From Spirochaetia bacterium (GTDB lineage: Bacteria > Spirochaetota > Spirochaetia > WTKD01 > G963693115), in NCBI GenBank assembly GCA_965226055.1, contig CBDDCA010000005.1, positions 544,001-608,000 of the forward strand: a stretch of DNA of 64,000 bases, written 5' to 3'. Made by a program: the position numbers and the translations under genes. The notes under the pieces were generated by a model. That model worked only from the letters and a program-made list of their open reading frames with translations, ran no database searches and was not told where the DNA came from. Below are positions 42,457 to 52,605 of this stretch, one piece after another; position 1 is the first letter of the stretch, and each line of letters opens with the position of its first letter.

Positions 42457-43395
42457 TCAATACCAAAATTCTTTTACTATATTTCTAAATTTAAGATGTT
42501 GTTTGCTCGGTTTTTTAAATAATAACTTTACTGCAGATAAAAAATATCGTATATCAATACATATACACTTTAAGAAATTTATCAGCTTGTTACCTATTGA
42601 TTCTCGCATACATATTCCATACATTTCTAATTTATTTTTTTGAGAAAAAGAGACACGTTTACTATGGATTTTTCTTACCCTATAGTATGCACTTAGCTCT
42701 ATCTTATAATTATTTTTATACCCACGTAGTCCAAAATCAAATAACTGTACCCATGGATCTAGTATAGTACTATCTATTCCTCCGATACTTAAAAAATATT
42801 CACGGTTATAAATTCCTATAAAATCATGAGGAAACAAAGTATAAGGAAAATGAGGGTTAGTATTATTTTTTGCTATTTTGATTCCACCAAAAGTCAACTG
42901 AGGCGTATACACCGAAAAAATACGATGTGCAGTCTCATCCTCAAGAGCAGGTACTGTACAAAGAGAATAATTAAAAATATCTCGCTCTAATGCTCTCACT
43001 GACATACCGTAGGGATCAATATCAGTCCAAGAAATAAATATTTTATCACTCACACAAGAGGTAAATGTTTTATTTATCACATTAGCAATAGGGCTTGTAT
43101 CTTCTGCATATTCATCTTGCACTAAATGTAAAAATTGTATTGTAGGAAATTGATCGACTAAATTCTTATCAAACTGTGTTCCATCCGAATTTGCTACCAC
43201 AATATTTTTTGTGCCAAAGGACATATATGTTTGTATACTGGCACTTATATTTAAGTCTACATTTTTCACATCATGTAACAATAGGATATGAACCTGCATT
43301 GATTTAGCAGAGTTCTTTACCCCATCCTGTGCTATATAAAATACCGGATCTATAAAATTCCGTTTTTTAGGCATTGAATGTATAGTATTCATCAC
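42457..43395 (-). CDS. Hypothetical protein, possible degenerate GT2-like fold
   Basis: TLFPHDFIGIYNREYFLSIGGID...DFGLRG resembles a GT2 C-terminal motif; overlaps the spiro-SPASM stop. Confidence 0.55.
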   Translation of the reverse strand: MMNTIHSMPKKRNFIDPVFYIAQDGVKNSAKSMQVHILLLHDVKNVDLNISASIQTYMSFGTKNIVVANSDGTQFDKNLVDQFPTIQFLHLVQDEYAEDTSPIANVINKTFTSCVSDKIFISWTDIDPYGMSVRALERDIFNYSLCTVPALEDETAHRIFSVYTPQLTFGGIKIAKNNTNPHFPYTLFPHDFIGIYNREYFLSIGGIDSTILDPWVQLFDFGLRGYKNNYKIELSAYYRVRKIHSKRVSFSQKNKLEMYGICMRESIGNKLINFLKCICIDIRYFLSAVKLLFKKPSKQHLKFRNIVKEFWY

Positions 43396-44935
43396 AATTT
43401 TTACATATCTCCTTATATTTTTCTTCTACTTGTTCACTAAAAAGTAATTCTCTTTTTTTCTGAATAGTACTTACACTATCAACAATAATATTTCCAAAAA
43501 CAGTTTCTTTATGTATATCTTGGGTACATAACTGCACATCCCCGTTTAATCTAATGAGCATATCACGCTCTAAATGACGACATGCAAACCTGTTATGAGG
43601 ACTTAAATCCACTACCTTTCTTTCTTCCAACACTCCACAATAACTATTGTATTTTTGTACCACTAATTGATACCCTTCTCGTTTACAAAACATATGTAAA
43701 GGAGCTATTTCTTCCTCATTTATATCCATTCGTGTAGCTTGTAAATAAATAGCATCTTTACTTGTCTTTTGTGAAAGAAACTGTAAAAATTCAAAGACTT
43801 TTGTGTTTGTTTTATCTTTATGAATTTGAGCGTACAACTGTTCATCTAAACTATCTATTTGTATTATCCATTGCAATTTTTTCACCCATGCTTCATTCCA
43901 CCATTGCTCTCCCATGTTCCAATCTCTTCCTTTTGTTTCCACATATACAGTATTGAACATTTCAGAAGCAAGAGATACTATGTTTCCAATCTCTGGATGC
44001 ACTGCCACTTCACCAGCATACCCTAAGGCAAGAGTGGCTTGTGGTGAATATTCCGATAACTTCTTTAGAATATCAACATATGATGCCATATCCATATATG
44101 ATACTGTATCACTATTTGTTTCCAAAAAAGGAGAATAGATACAGGCTTCATTATAATTACTTATCTGCATATAATAAAAACTTGAAGGTCCAATAAATAA
44201 CTCACTGTGCTGTTTGTATACATCTGGCAAATCATCAATAGTACGCATTCCAGATTCCCATAAACGTTTGGCTATAACATAGTTCCTTTTTGAGTTTGCA
44301 CTCAGTTCAAGACGATACAAACGCATATCTTCTGGAGCTAGTTCTGTTTGTATATCAAAGTCATGTATACGTTTCTCTAAAAGAGTAAAAAGACTATTTC
44401 TTTGTATGGGAGCATGCTGTAAAGATGAGTCCTGTGTGAGTATTTCATCCATAAGATATATGCCTTCCAGAGATATACATTCAGGACTCAGTCCTTTTGG
44501 ATATCCTTCTGTATATGTATAATGTGCCTTAAAATAATTATGAGCATCAAGGTTTTTTTTGAAAATAGCACTATCTTGAAATACATTATCTACACAAGTA
44601 ATACAAAAACTCGTATTATATTGCATATGTTGTAAAGATATATCCTCAGCCCTATGTTCATCAACAGCCGTGTTTTTGATACTGTTCTTTAATGCTCCCA
44701 ATAAAGCACTTAGTGTATTAGGAATGTGTACACTATTCACCCAATGTGGAAGAGATATGGGTTTTGATCCTTCAATGGCTATGATAGAACAGCTGCTAAT
44801 ACTACTTTCTGTGCTTGTATGTAACAAATCATGAAATAGATCTACCGTATGTGTGAAGGCACTACTCCCATCATTAAACATAGTATCAACATAATCAGCG
44901 TCTGTATGGAGTATTCCTACTAAATGTATACTCAT
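43367..44935 (-). CDS. Spiro-SPASM protein (degenerate radical SAM plus SPASM domain)
   Basis: YTYTEGYPKGLSPE, FDIQTELAPEDMR, CRHLERD..CTQD..CKNCDEYYTFNA C-terminus. Confidence 0.88.
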   Translation of the reverse strand: MSIHLVGILHTDADYVDTMFNDGSSAFTHTVDLFHDLLHTSTESSISSCSIIAIEGSKPISLPHWVNSVHIPNTLSALLGALKNSIKNTAVDEHRAEDISLQHMQYNTSFCITCVDNVFQDSAIFKKNLDAHNYFKAHYTYTEGYPKGLSPECISLEGIYLMDEILTQDSSLQHAPIQRNSLFTLLEKRIHDFDIQTELAPEDMRLYRLELSANSKRNYVIAKRLWESGMRTIDDLPDVYKQHSELFIGPSSFYYMQISNYNEACIYSPFLETNSDTVSYMDMASYVDILKKLSEYSPQATLALGYAGEVAVHPEIGNIVSLASEMFNTVYVETKGRDWNMGEQWWNEAWVKKLQWIIQIDSLDEQLYAQIHKDKTNTKVFEFLQFLSQKTSKDAIYLQATRMDINEEEIAPLHMFCKREGYQLVVQKYNSYCGVLEERKVVDLSPHNRFACRHLERDMLIRLNGDVQLCTQDIHKETVFGNIIVDSVSTIQKKRELLFSEQVEEKYKEICKNCDEYYTFNA

Positions 44936-44995
44936 CTCATAGAATATCGGTATATATGGCTTGAATAATTACTGTAAAACAAATAAAGTAAGAAT

Positions 44996-46243
44996 ATGGC
45001 TGTACTGAGTGTAAGTGAATTAAGCGAACAAATACGCGAGGCTTTGATTACAAAATTTCCTCAAGCTATTTCAGTTGAAGGAGAAATAAGTAATTTTTCA
45101 GCATCACAAAACGGGCACTGGTATTTCACCTTAAAAGATGAAACAAGCCAAGTAGCAGTAGTAATGTTCAAAGGAAGTAATACATCAGCTTCTTTTTTTC
45201 CTGCAAATGGCATGCAAATACAAATACAAGGCTCTATTTCATTTTACAGTGGAAGAGGACAATGTCAGATAATTTGTACTCATATTCAAAAACAAGGGAT
45301 AGGAAGCATTCTTGCTATGCTAGAAAAAAGAAAAGCAAAACTCTATGCAGAAGGCATGTTTGAACAAAAACATAAAAAAAATATCCCTGCTTTTCCCACT
45401 TGCATAGGTATTTTAACAAGCAGCAAAGGAGCTGCGATACAAGATATTTATAGAACTTTTACATCTCATGGGATAGCTCCTAAAATTGTGTTTTTTCATA
45501 CTGCCGTTCAAGGAGACAGTGCAGCAGAGAGTATCATTCATCAACTACACAATGCAATGGCAAGTAAGCATATACTTGATGCACTTATCATTACTCGAGG
45601 AGGGGGTTCTACCGAAGATTTATTAGCATATTCTGATGAACAGTTAGTACGAAGCATATATGCTTGTCCAATACCAATAATCACTGCAATAGGACATGAA
45701 ATTGACACATCCCTTTGTGACTTGGTAGCCGATACTAGTGTTCCAACTCCAACGGCAAGCGCACACTTTATTGCCGAAAAAATGTTACACGCAAAAAACA
45801 CCGTACACAACAATAAAGAGTACATTACTCACTTTGCATTACAAAAATTACAATCCATTAAACAAATAATAAAAAATAGCACTATCACAAACGCTATGAG
45901 AGAATTTTCATTTCAAGTATCAAATGTGAGACAGCACTTAGATTTTACAAGCGATAAAATTCGTAGCACTATCACACAAAAAATTACTGCTATACAACAA
46001 AAAATACAATACAGTAAAGAATATTTTACAAAAACATCCCCTTCTGCTATCCTTAAAAAAGGATATACTCTCATACATAAGTATGATAATGCATTGCCAG
46101 TACGCACCAATGACAATACCTCACAGAAGGAAACAGCAACATTGGTTACAAGGGCAAAGACATTACAACAAGGCGATGCTATTACCATTACTTTTTACGA
46201 TGAAAAGAAATATGCAATAATAAAAAAACATACACATACATAA
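44996..46243 (+). CDS. xseA: Exodeoxyribonuclease VII large subunit
   Basis: GEISNF, GHWYFTLKD, VQGDSA, RGGGS, GHEID, TPTA. Confidence 0.95.
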   Translation: MAVLSVSELSEQIREALITKFPQAISVEGEISNFSASQNGHWYFTLKDETSQVAVVMFKGSNTSASFFPANGMQIQIQGSISFYSGRGQCQIICTHIQKQGIGSILAMLEKRKAKLYAEGMFEQKHKKNIPAFPTCIGILTSSKGAAIQDIYRTFTSHGIAPKIVFFHTAVQGDSAAESIIHQLHNAMASKHILDALIITRGGGSTEDLLAYSDEQLVRSIYACPIPIITAIGHEIDTSLCDLVADTSVPTPTASAHFIAEKMLHAKNTVHNNKEYITHFALQKLQSIKQIIKNSTITNAMREFSFQVSNVRQHLDFTSDKIRSTITQKITAIQQKIQYSKEYFTKTSPSAILKKGYTLIHKYDNALPVRTNDNTSQKETATLVTRAKTLQQGDAITITFYDEKKYAIIKKHTHT

Positions 46244-46253
46244 GTGAACATAT

Positions 46254-46604
46254 ATGAGACAAAAAAAACAAACATTCCAAGAAAAACTAAAAACGCTTGA
46301 AACAATACAACAAGCAATACAAGACAATGAAGATGGAAATCTTGAAGCACTTGTAGAATTATACGAGAAAGGACTCACTCTTGCTACAGAACTAGAAAAA
46401 GAAATAGAAAAATATGAAAAAAAGATACTTGATATAGTCTCATCACAAGAAAATCAAGAAGAAGTAGATGAACATAGCTCTCAAAATGATACACAACACG
46501 CTATATCTCATACAAAAGTTCCCTCGCAAAAAACTTCAGCACAGAAAACAAAAGACAGTACTGGTAAAAACATCACATTGTTTGATGAACAATCAAAACA
46601 ATAA
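46254..46604 (+). CDS. xseB: Exodeoxyribonuclease VII small subunit with C-terminal extension
   Basis: FQEKLKTLETI..LEALVELYEKG; follows xseA. Confidence 0.8.
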   Translation: MRQKKQTFQEKLKTLETIQQAIQDNEDGNLEALVELYEKGLTLATELEKEIEKYEKKILDIVSSQENQEEVDEHSSQNDTQHAISHTKVPSQKTSAQKTKDSTGKNITLFDEQSKQ

Positions 46605-46660
46605 ACATAGCTCCATAACAAAGCTATCTAGTCCCTATATTGATACTTATACTGATTCTT

Positions 46661-47086
46661 TTAATGGGGCAACAACAGTTTTGTTCCTGGATAAATTCCA
46701 AAAGACGGAAACAATCCCCTCTGTATCTCTATAGCGTACTTTGCTTTTCCTACTGACACAACAGTGTCCAGAGAGAAAGGCTTCATATGTTCTATATTTA
46801 TGACTGTTCCCGAAGCATCTATAAAAGCAACGGATAATGGGATGGAAGTATCTTTCATCCAAAAAGATAGCTCTTGTTCTTGTTGAAACATAAATAGCAT
46901 TCCTGCGTTCTCATCTAACTGCTTACGAAACATAAGCCCTTTTTGACGCTGTTCAGCTGTTTTTGCTATCTCTAATAGTAATGATTTTCCATTAGGCGTT
47001 TCTAATACAAATTCCGTAGCAGTTTCGTCCTTGCAGCCCCCAACAAAAATAATGAAAATACTAAAAAAAAGATAAAAAATCTTCAC
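46661..47086 (-). CDS. DUF192 family protein
   Basis: EIAKT..QRQKGLMFR, GMLF, FWMKDTSIPLSVAF. Confidence 0.9.
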   Translation of the reverse strand: MKIFYLFFSIFIIFVGGCKDETATEFVLETPNGKSLLLEIAKTAEQRQKGLMFRKQLDENAGMLFMFQQEQELSFWMKDTSIPLSVAFIDASGTVINIEHMKPFSLDTVVSVGKAKYAIEIQRGLFPSFGIYPGTKLLLPH

Positions 47087-47753
47087 GATACTGTTCTCTC
47101 GCTTGTTGTTCTATAGTATTATATTGATCTTGTTGTGGACGAATAAAACTATTCATAATATACTTTACAGTTAAAGGTCTTTCAATAATAAGCATAGTAT
47201 TTTCATTATTCCATTGTGCCTTATTTGGAGTTATCACATTTGCATTACCATATTTTTTATCGTGTACCTCAAATAGAGAAAAATAATCAATAATATTGGT
47301 ATTCAAGGACATACTCAAAACCACAAGTCTATCATCATCATTAAACCGAAAAAATGCTTCCTGTATAAAACGATACCCTGTAGCATCATCTTTCACTCCA
47401 TCAGCTCGTATCACTTTTTGATCACTCTCAGGAACAACAAAAATTTCAGGTTCTTCAAGCACTACCAATAAAGGATCGTTTTGTAGTATCGCTACTACCT
47501 CATCAAATGTAAATCCCAATTCAACATTAAAAAACCCATTTGCAAGCGGAAGCAGAGAAGTATCATCTGTACTCAGTGTATCGTCAGTAGGCGAAGTATC
47601 ATTATATACACTCAGTGCATCATCAATACGCAAAACACTATCATTTGTACTCAGTGTATCATCAGCACTGTAAACAACAGAAGGATACACAATATTGAGA
47701 ATATACATCAATGATACAACGAGTATGCATTGCCTACTTAAAGAGTTGAACAT
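47061..47753 (-). CDS. Exported hypothetical protein
   Basis: Signal peptide; IDYFSLF..KYG and ERPLTVKY motifs; short duplicated DDTLST segment. Confidence 0.7.
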   Translation of the reverse strand: MFNSLSRQCILVVSLMYILNIVYPSVVYSADDTLSTNDSVLRIDDALSVYNDTSPTDDTLSTDDTSLLPLANGFFNVELGFTFDEVVAILQNDPLLVVLEEPEIFVVPESDQKVIRADGVKDDATGYRFIQEAFFRFNDDDRLVVLSMSLNTNIIDYFSLFEVHDKKYGNANVITPNKAQWNNENTMLIIERPLTVKYIMNSFIRPQQDQYNTIEQQAREQYREDFLSFF

Positions 47754-48060
47754 AGGTTATATACCATACTAACGCAATATTGATACCAACGATCAATATA
47801 ATAAATTTTGACAACGGGGACAAAGTCTTTATCTTACCAAAAATTCCAGATGCTTCTTTTTGTTTAGGCTTTTGTTCACTATATCTAATGTGCTTTTTTA
47901 TTGGCCTAGAACATTTTGGACACCCATTCTCAAACGACTTAATAGCACCAATAAACCCACAAGCAGGACAACGCGTATTTGAAAAAGCTAAGCCACACTT
48001 AGGACACGAAGTTGTTCCTTTGTCCACAACAGTATTACAAAAATCGCAAATAAAATGCAT
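47734..48060 (-). CDS. Double zinc-ribbon protein with C-terminal TM
   Basis: Four CxxC motifs; start re-called at ATG 48060 after AGGAGG. Confidence 0.75.
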   Translation of the reverse strand: MHFICDFCNTVVDKGTTSCPKCGLAFSNTRCPACGFIGAIKSFENGCPKCSRPIKKHIRYSEQKPKQKEASGIFGKIKTLSPLSKFIILIVGINIALVWYITYVQLFK

Positions 48061-48073
48061 ATATCCTCCTTTG

Positions 48074-49039
48074 TTACCCAATAATTGAACTAGGATCAAT
48101 ATATCGATTATTTTGCCAAACACTAAAATAAAGAATTGCCTTTTTTAATGTCGGCATTACACCAAGATTTCCAATTTCTTGTCCTTCTGCTACAGTATCT
48201 CCTTGCTTAACATACAGCTGCTTTTGTCCACCATATAGATAGATCACCCCATCATTTCCTCTGATAACCACAACATTATTAAAAGAAGAATGTAATGCTG
48301 CGTACATTACTTTTCCACTCTTAAGTGCTCTCACACTTGTATTCTCACTTCCTTCTATTACTACTCCTGGCAGAGAACCTTTCGTTTCATACAAACGCCC
48401 AGAAACAGGCCAATCCTTTGATACCACCCTACTACTGTTCTCATTGGTATCAGCAACCATCGCCAATAGCTCAATAACATTGGGAGAATCTTCTTTCTGT
48501 GGAATAAAAGAAGTATAGGGATCGCTAGCCTCATTATCAAAGTCAATATCATCATTTGATACTATTGTTCTATCATTTCTTTCTAAACGATCTATAAGAT
48601 CATCATCTAAGGACTGTGTAGGAATTTTTATCTTTTGATCTATATGTAGCACCTCAGAGCGTAAATTATTGGCATTCTTTAAGGTCGAAATTTTGACATT
48701 AAAACGCTTTGAAATCTTAAATAGCGTATCTCCTTTTATAACAATATAGGTATAGTACGGCTCTTGTTTATTATCCTGCGTATACCTTACAGATGCAGTA
48801 CTATCATTTTTCTGAGGAATAAAAATAACAGTTCCTACCTGTATGGCTGTTATATCTGAAATGGTATTGTTATCAATAATATCTTGTAACGGTACTTCAT
48901 ACTCTTTTGAAATTTTATATAACGTATCGCCTTTTTGCACCGTGTGACGAATATCTGCATATGCTGTTTTATGAACAAATAACAAAGAATAACATACAAT
49001 AACTAATAGAATACAGGCCTTATATCTATAGAGTAGCAT
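48074..49039 (-). CDS. LysM x2 plus degenerate M23 (NlpD/EnvC-like) protein
   Basis: HTVQKGDTL and YIVIKGDTL LysM domains; WPVSG...VKQGDTV..GQEIG; Zn-binding His residues absent. Confidence 0.85.
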   Translation of the reverse strand: MLLYRYKACILLVIVCYSLLFVHKTAYADIRHTVQKGDTLYKISKEYEVPLQDIIDNNTISDITAIQVGTVIFIPQKNDSTASVRYTQDNKQEPYYTYIVIKGDTLFKISKRFNVKISTLKNANNLRSEVLHIDQKIKIPTQSLDDDLIDRLERNDRTIVSNDDIDFDNEASDPYTSFIPQKEDSPNVIELLAMVADTNENSSRVVSKDWPVSGRLYETKGSLPGVVIEGSENTSVRALKSGKVMYAALHSSFNNVVVIRGNDGVIYLYGGQKQLYVKQGDTVAEGQEIGNLGVMPTLKKAILYFSVWQNNRYIDPSSIIG

Positions 49040-49140
49040 AGTTAATTTAAGTTCGACATATTTTATACTTTTCTTTATTCTAAAAATAAAAAGATAGCAA
49101 TGCTATATGAGTAAAAGAGTATATACAGTATATACAGTAT

Positions 49141-49542
49141 CTACATATAGATATTCTTTGTCTCAAAAAACATCTTATCTATTTCATAAAATTCCCGTAA
49201 CTCTTGTGTCATAAGGTGAACAATAAAATCCTTAAAATCAAGTAGCACCCACCCTCCTGTATTTGATAGCTGAGAACGATTGATACAATATTCAATGTAG
49301 GCATCTAACGATAGCTCCTGCAATAATTGAGGGAGCATCTGTATAATCCCTCTTCTTTGAATATCGGAAATAGTGGTAGCAATAATAACATAATCAGTGT
49401 AGGAAAAAATAGGAGTGACCTTATACACAGAAATATTTTGACAAAATTCATCTTCTAATTTTTTAGCAAGATCAATCATACTTTTTTCCATAGGACTATT
49501 TTCGCCCATATCTTCATCATTCTGAAATTGTTTTTCCATCAA
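49141..49542 (-). CDS. rsfS: Ribosome silencing factor
   Basis: DYVIIAT, WVLLDFKDFIVHLM...REFYEIDKMF. Confidence 0.85.
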   Translation of the reverse strand: MMEKQFQNDEDMGENSPMEKSMIDLAKKLEDEFCQNISVYKVTPIFSYTDYVIIATTISDIQRRGIIQMLPQLLQELSLDAYIEYCINRSQLSNTGGWVLLDFKDFIVHLMTQELREFYEIDKMFFETKNIYM

Positions 49543-50752
49543 AATCTTCTCCTAAAATTAATGTTACTTCTGCCCCTATATCATCAAGAACTGCAATATC
49601 TGTTAATATTGACTCTACCCCTACTACTTTCGCCACTTTCTTTGCTTTTTGCTTGTTACCAGTACGATCAAGCACAACAGAATACTGTATATCATTACTA
49701 ATGGCATTTCCTACTCCTAATATAGAGAACATTGTGTCTTGCTCGTAGAGTTCTTGTGTTGCACCAGCTAAGCCATTGAGTACTGTCCCATTGAGGATAG
49801 TAAGACTAACAGCTTCATTTGAATTTGATCGTTTTTCTTGATTGATAAAATCTTGTAGCAAAGAAAAAACTGAAAATATACTATTTACGCTATTATCTAT
49901 AAAAAGAATAGAATAGTTTGTATCCCCTATAGTTACTGTATCTATGTCTCCTTGTAAAATCTGAAAATATATATTTTCTTCTTCAAAATTCTGTGCTAAC
50001 AAAAAAATGCTTTGTAAATTATCTACACTTACATTTGTATCAACCACAGAAGCTAATTTTTTCATAATCACTGTATTTTCTATACTCTCTTTCTGACTTT
50101 TTAGAGTTTCTATCAATGCCATAATAAACGACTGTCTGCGCGAAGAAAGTACATAATCATTTTTTGTTTGAATTAATGTTCGTCTTTCAATATCCGAAAG
50201 AAACAAAGATATATCTACCCCGTCAAGCAACATTGTTTTATCAATCACAGTGTACAGAGAAGAAGATTCTTCTCTTTCATTATCTGATCCTAAAGAAAGC
50301 AAATCCCCATTCACTGGAATTTGAATGCCTCCAATAATATCCACAAACCCTTCAAGCATAGAAGACGAAACAAAAAAGTACGATATATCCTCTATACGTG
50401 ATACAGTTTTTACTACTTCAATATACCTCTCATTTCCAAAAGTATGATGATAATACGACAGCGGAAATATTGTTTCTTTTTCACTATCAAACACTCCTAT
50501 ATTAGCAGGAATTTCCAAAATCCCCACCTTCTTTGTCTTGGGAGAGTACATTATAATGAAACTTATAACAGAATTTTGCTGATAACTATCTTTGAACTCA
50601 AAAGAAAACAAAAAACTCACTTGTTCTTCTCTTAAGATGGCTTGGCTGATTGTATCTGCCTTAAAATTCTGATAAATAGTATAGGCAATTACTATAAACA
50701 AAGACAGTATAATAATCCCTAGTATAATGGATAGTACCTTAAAATTTTTCAT
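49517..50752 (-). CDS. LCP/LytR family protein with LytR_C domain
   Basis: N-terminal TM; FVDIIGGI, RRQ; ILNGTVLNGLA...ILGEDF. Confidence 0.85.
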   Translation of the reverse strand: MKNFKVLSIILGIIILSLFIVIAYTIYQNFKADTISQAILREEQVSFLFSFEFKDSYQQNSVISFIIMYSPKTKKVGILEIPANIGVFDSEKETIFPLSYYHHTFGNERYIEVVKTVSRIEDISYFFVSSSMLEGFVDIIGGIQIPVNGDLLSLGSDNEREESSSLYTVIDKTMLLDGVDISLFLSDIERRTLIQTKNDYVLSSRRQSFIMALIETLKSQKESIENTVIMKKLASVVDTNVSVDNLQSIFLLAQNFEEENIYFQILQGDIDTVTIGDTNYSILFIDNSVNSIFSVFSLLQDFINQEKRSNSNEAVSLTILNGTVLNGLAGATQELYEQDTMFSILGVGNAISNDIQYSVVLDRTGNKQKAKKVAKVVGVESILTDIAVLDDIGAEVTLILGEDFDGKTISE

Positions 50753-51137
50753 ATATCTTTTATGCTGTTACTTCATTATACAGATAAGTCATAAGTACAA
50801 CAATAGTACTTAATGGAGGTGGAAATTCCAAAACGACATGGCTCTTATCTCTAATTTTTTTATAACACTAATATTACTATCATACAGTACTTACTCTTAC
50901 TTTTTTTTGCTCCTTTGTCGCATTTAATCCTTGAACTCGTGGATAATTATAGACCGATAGCAAACATGTATAAAGTGTTGTACAATTGGATAAAGGAGGC
51001 TGGTTTAGTCTAATTTTGCTTATCCATGCCAGCCTCTAAACTAAATATAAACAAATGAAAAGAAGAAGCTAAAATGATATGGAATAAAAGGCCAAGTAGA
51101 AAAACAGCATAAAAAAATAGCTAATAAAATAGAAAAA

Positions 51138-51524
51138 ATGAAAGCTAAAAAGAATACTGCTCAAATGATCGAATATACTAAGCTTATAATTTTAGATGAA
51201 ATGTCTCGCTGTTCTGGAGGGGTAAGTATAAACATTACAGTTCTTAATGGAGAATATGAAAAGTTAAAAAAATATTTTACTATGAGTATGAAAGAACTAA
51301 TGCATAAAGACAAATATTTTTATTGCACATCATATGACGAAATGGATAATATACCACATTATTCAGGACATCTAACACCATTAGGAAAAGAGTTTTTAGA
51401 GAGTCAACAATTTTCAAATAAGTTAAAAAATTCTTATCTTTTTAATTTATTCATTCAACTTATACTAATAATTTTCGGTAGTAGTATTAGCATTTTTATA
51501 GCTAAAATATTTAAATTGGGTTAG
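51138..51524 (+). CDS. Hypothetical protein, possible winged-helix plus C-terminal TM
   Basis: LTPLGKEFLE motif and terminal hydrophobic helix; AT-rich. Confidence 0.6.
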   Translation: MKAKKNTAQMIEYTKLIILDEMSRCSGGVSINITVLNGEYEKLKKYFTMSMKELMHKDKYFYCTSYDEMDNIPHYSGHLTPLGKEFLESQQFSNKLKNSYLFNLFIQLILIIFGSSISIFIAKIFKLG

Positions 51525-51646
51525 CACTGTATATAGATTCTAATTTAGAAATATTAGAATTATATAAATATCATATAATATTTACATAGTACATACATGA
51601 AAGAAAATAATATACTATCACTCATCATACGAGGAATGATAAGAGC

Positions 51647-52585
51647 ATGAAATCAAGCACTAGACAAAATGGAATATATTATACCTCTCTTTTTAATCCT
51701 TTTGATAATGCTATTTTCAAAGATTGGATAGATACCCATGCCATACAAAAAGAAACAATACTAGAACCTTTTGCAGGCAATAACTCAATTATACATATGT
51801 TGCAAGAAATAGGAATGGCGTCTCATTATACTTCTTACGACATATATCCACAATCGAAAGAGGTACAGAAACGAGATACTATACAATCATACCCAAAAGG
51901 ATACAAGGTATGCATAACAAATCCACCATGGCTGTATAAATCATCTGCCCAAAGAAGAAAGTTATACTATCCTGATACTCACTATGATAATATATACAAA
52001 CTATGTCTTTCACTTGCTTTAGATAACAACGAATATGTAGGAGCGTTAATTCCTGCCTCATTTATACAATCGCAGCTTTTCACCGATAGATTAGAAAAAC
52101 TCATATGTATCAATAGACTACTATTTGAAAACACAGAAAACCCTGTTTGCCTTGCTCTTTTTAGCAACAGAAAAACAAAAGACATTGAAATATACAGCGA
52201 TGATAGATATGTAGGAAAATATACTGAGCTAAAAAAATGTTTACCAAAAACTCACATTAGTACCTGTAATCTTACATTCAACGATCCCAATGGTAAATTA
52301 GGGCTGATTGCCATAGATAATAATAGAGAGCCTTCTATTAGATTTTGTCATGGAGAACAATTAAAAAAATATACCATATCTCACAGTTCAAGATCAATCA
52401 CACGTATACAAGGCATTGATGTTTCTGAACCCATGCTAAAAAAACTGAATGATTGTATTGATGATATAAGAAAAAAAACAGATGATATTTTTCTCACTGC
52501 TTTCAAAGGTTTAAGAAAAGATGGAAAATACAGACGAAGAATAGAATACTCTTTAGCAAGAGACATAATACAGTATGCACAATAA
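51647..52585 (+). CDS. Putative orphan N6-adenine DNA methyltransferase (gamma-type motif order)
   Basis: Motif X GIYYT, motif I LEPFAG, motif IV NPPW, IPASF; no adjacent recognisable endonuclease. Confidence 0.75.
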   Translation: MKSSTRQNGIYYTSLFNPFDNAIFKDWIDTHAIQKETILEPFAGNNSIIHMLQEIGMASHYTSYDIYPQSKEVQKRDTIQSYPKGYKVCITNPPWLYKSSAQRRKLYYPDTHYDNIYKLCLSLALDNNEYVGALIPASFIQSQLFTDRLEKLICINRLLFENTENPVCLALFSNRKTKDIEIYSDDRYVGKYTELKKCLPKTHISTCNLTFNDPNGKLGLIAIDNNREPSIRFCHGEQLKKYTISHSSRSITRIQGIDVSEPMLKKLNDCIDDIRKKTDDIFLTAFKGLRKDGKYRRRIEYSLARDIIQYAQ

Positions 52586-52605
52586 ATACCACTCAGCAAA
52601 AACAA

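Noticed and set aside
48074-49039. Loss of M23 catalytic His residues as novel
   Set aside because: Degenerate LytM domains (NlpD/EnvC) are well known.
49118-49140. Short AGTATATAC tandem repeat
   Set aside because: About 2.5 copies of a low-complexity unit; no functional evidence.
51026-51058. Mini-ORF MPASKLNINK as a type I toxin
   Set aside because: Hydrophilic, 10 aa, and too far from the SD-like sequence.
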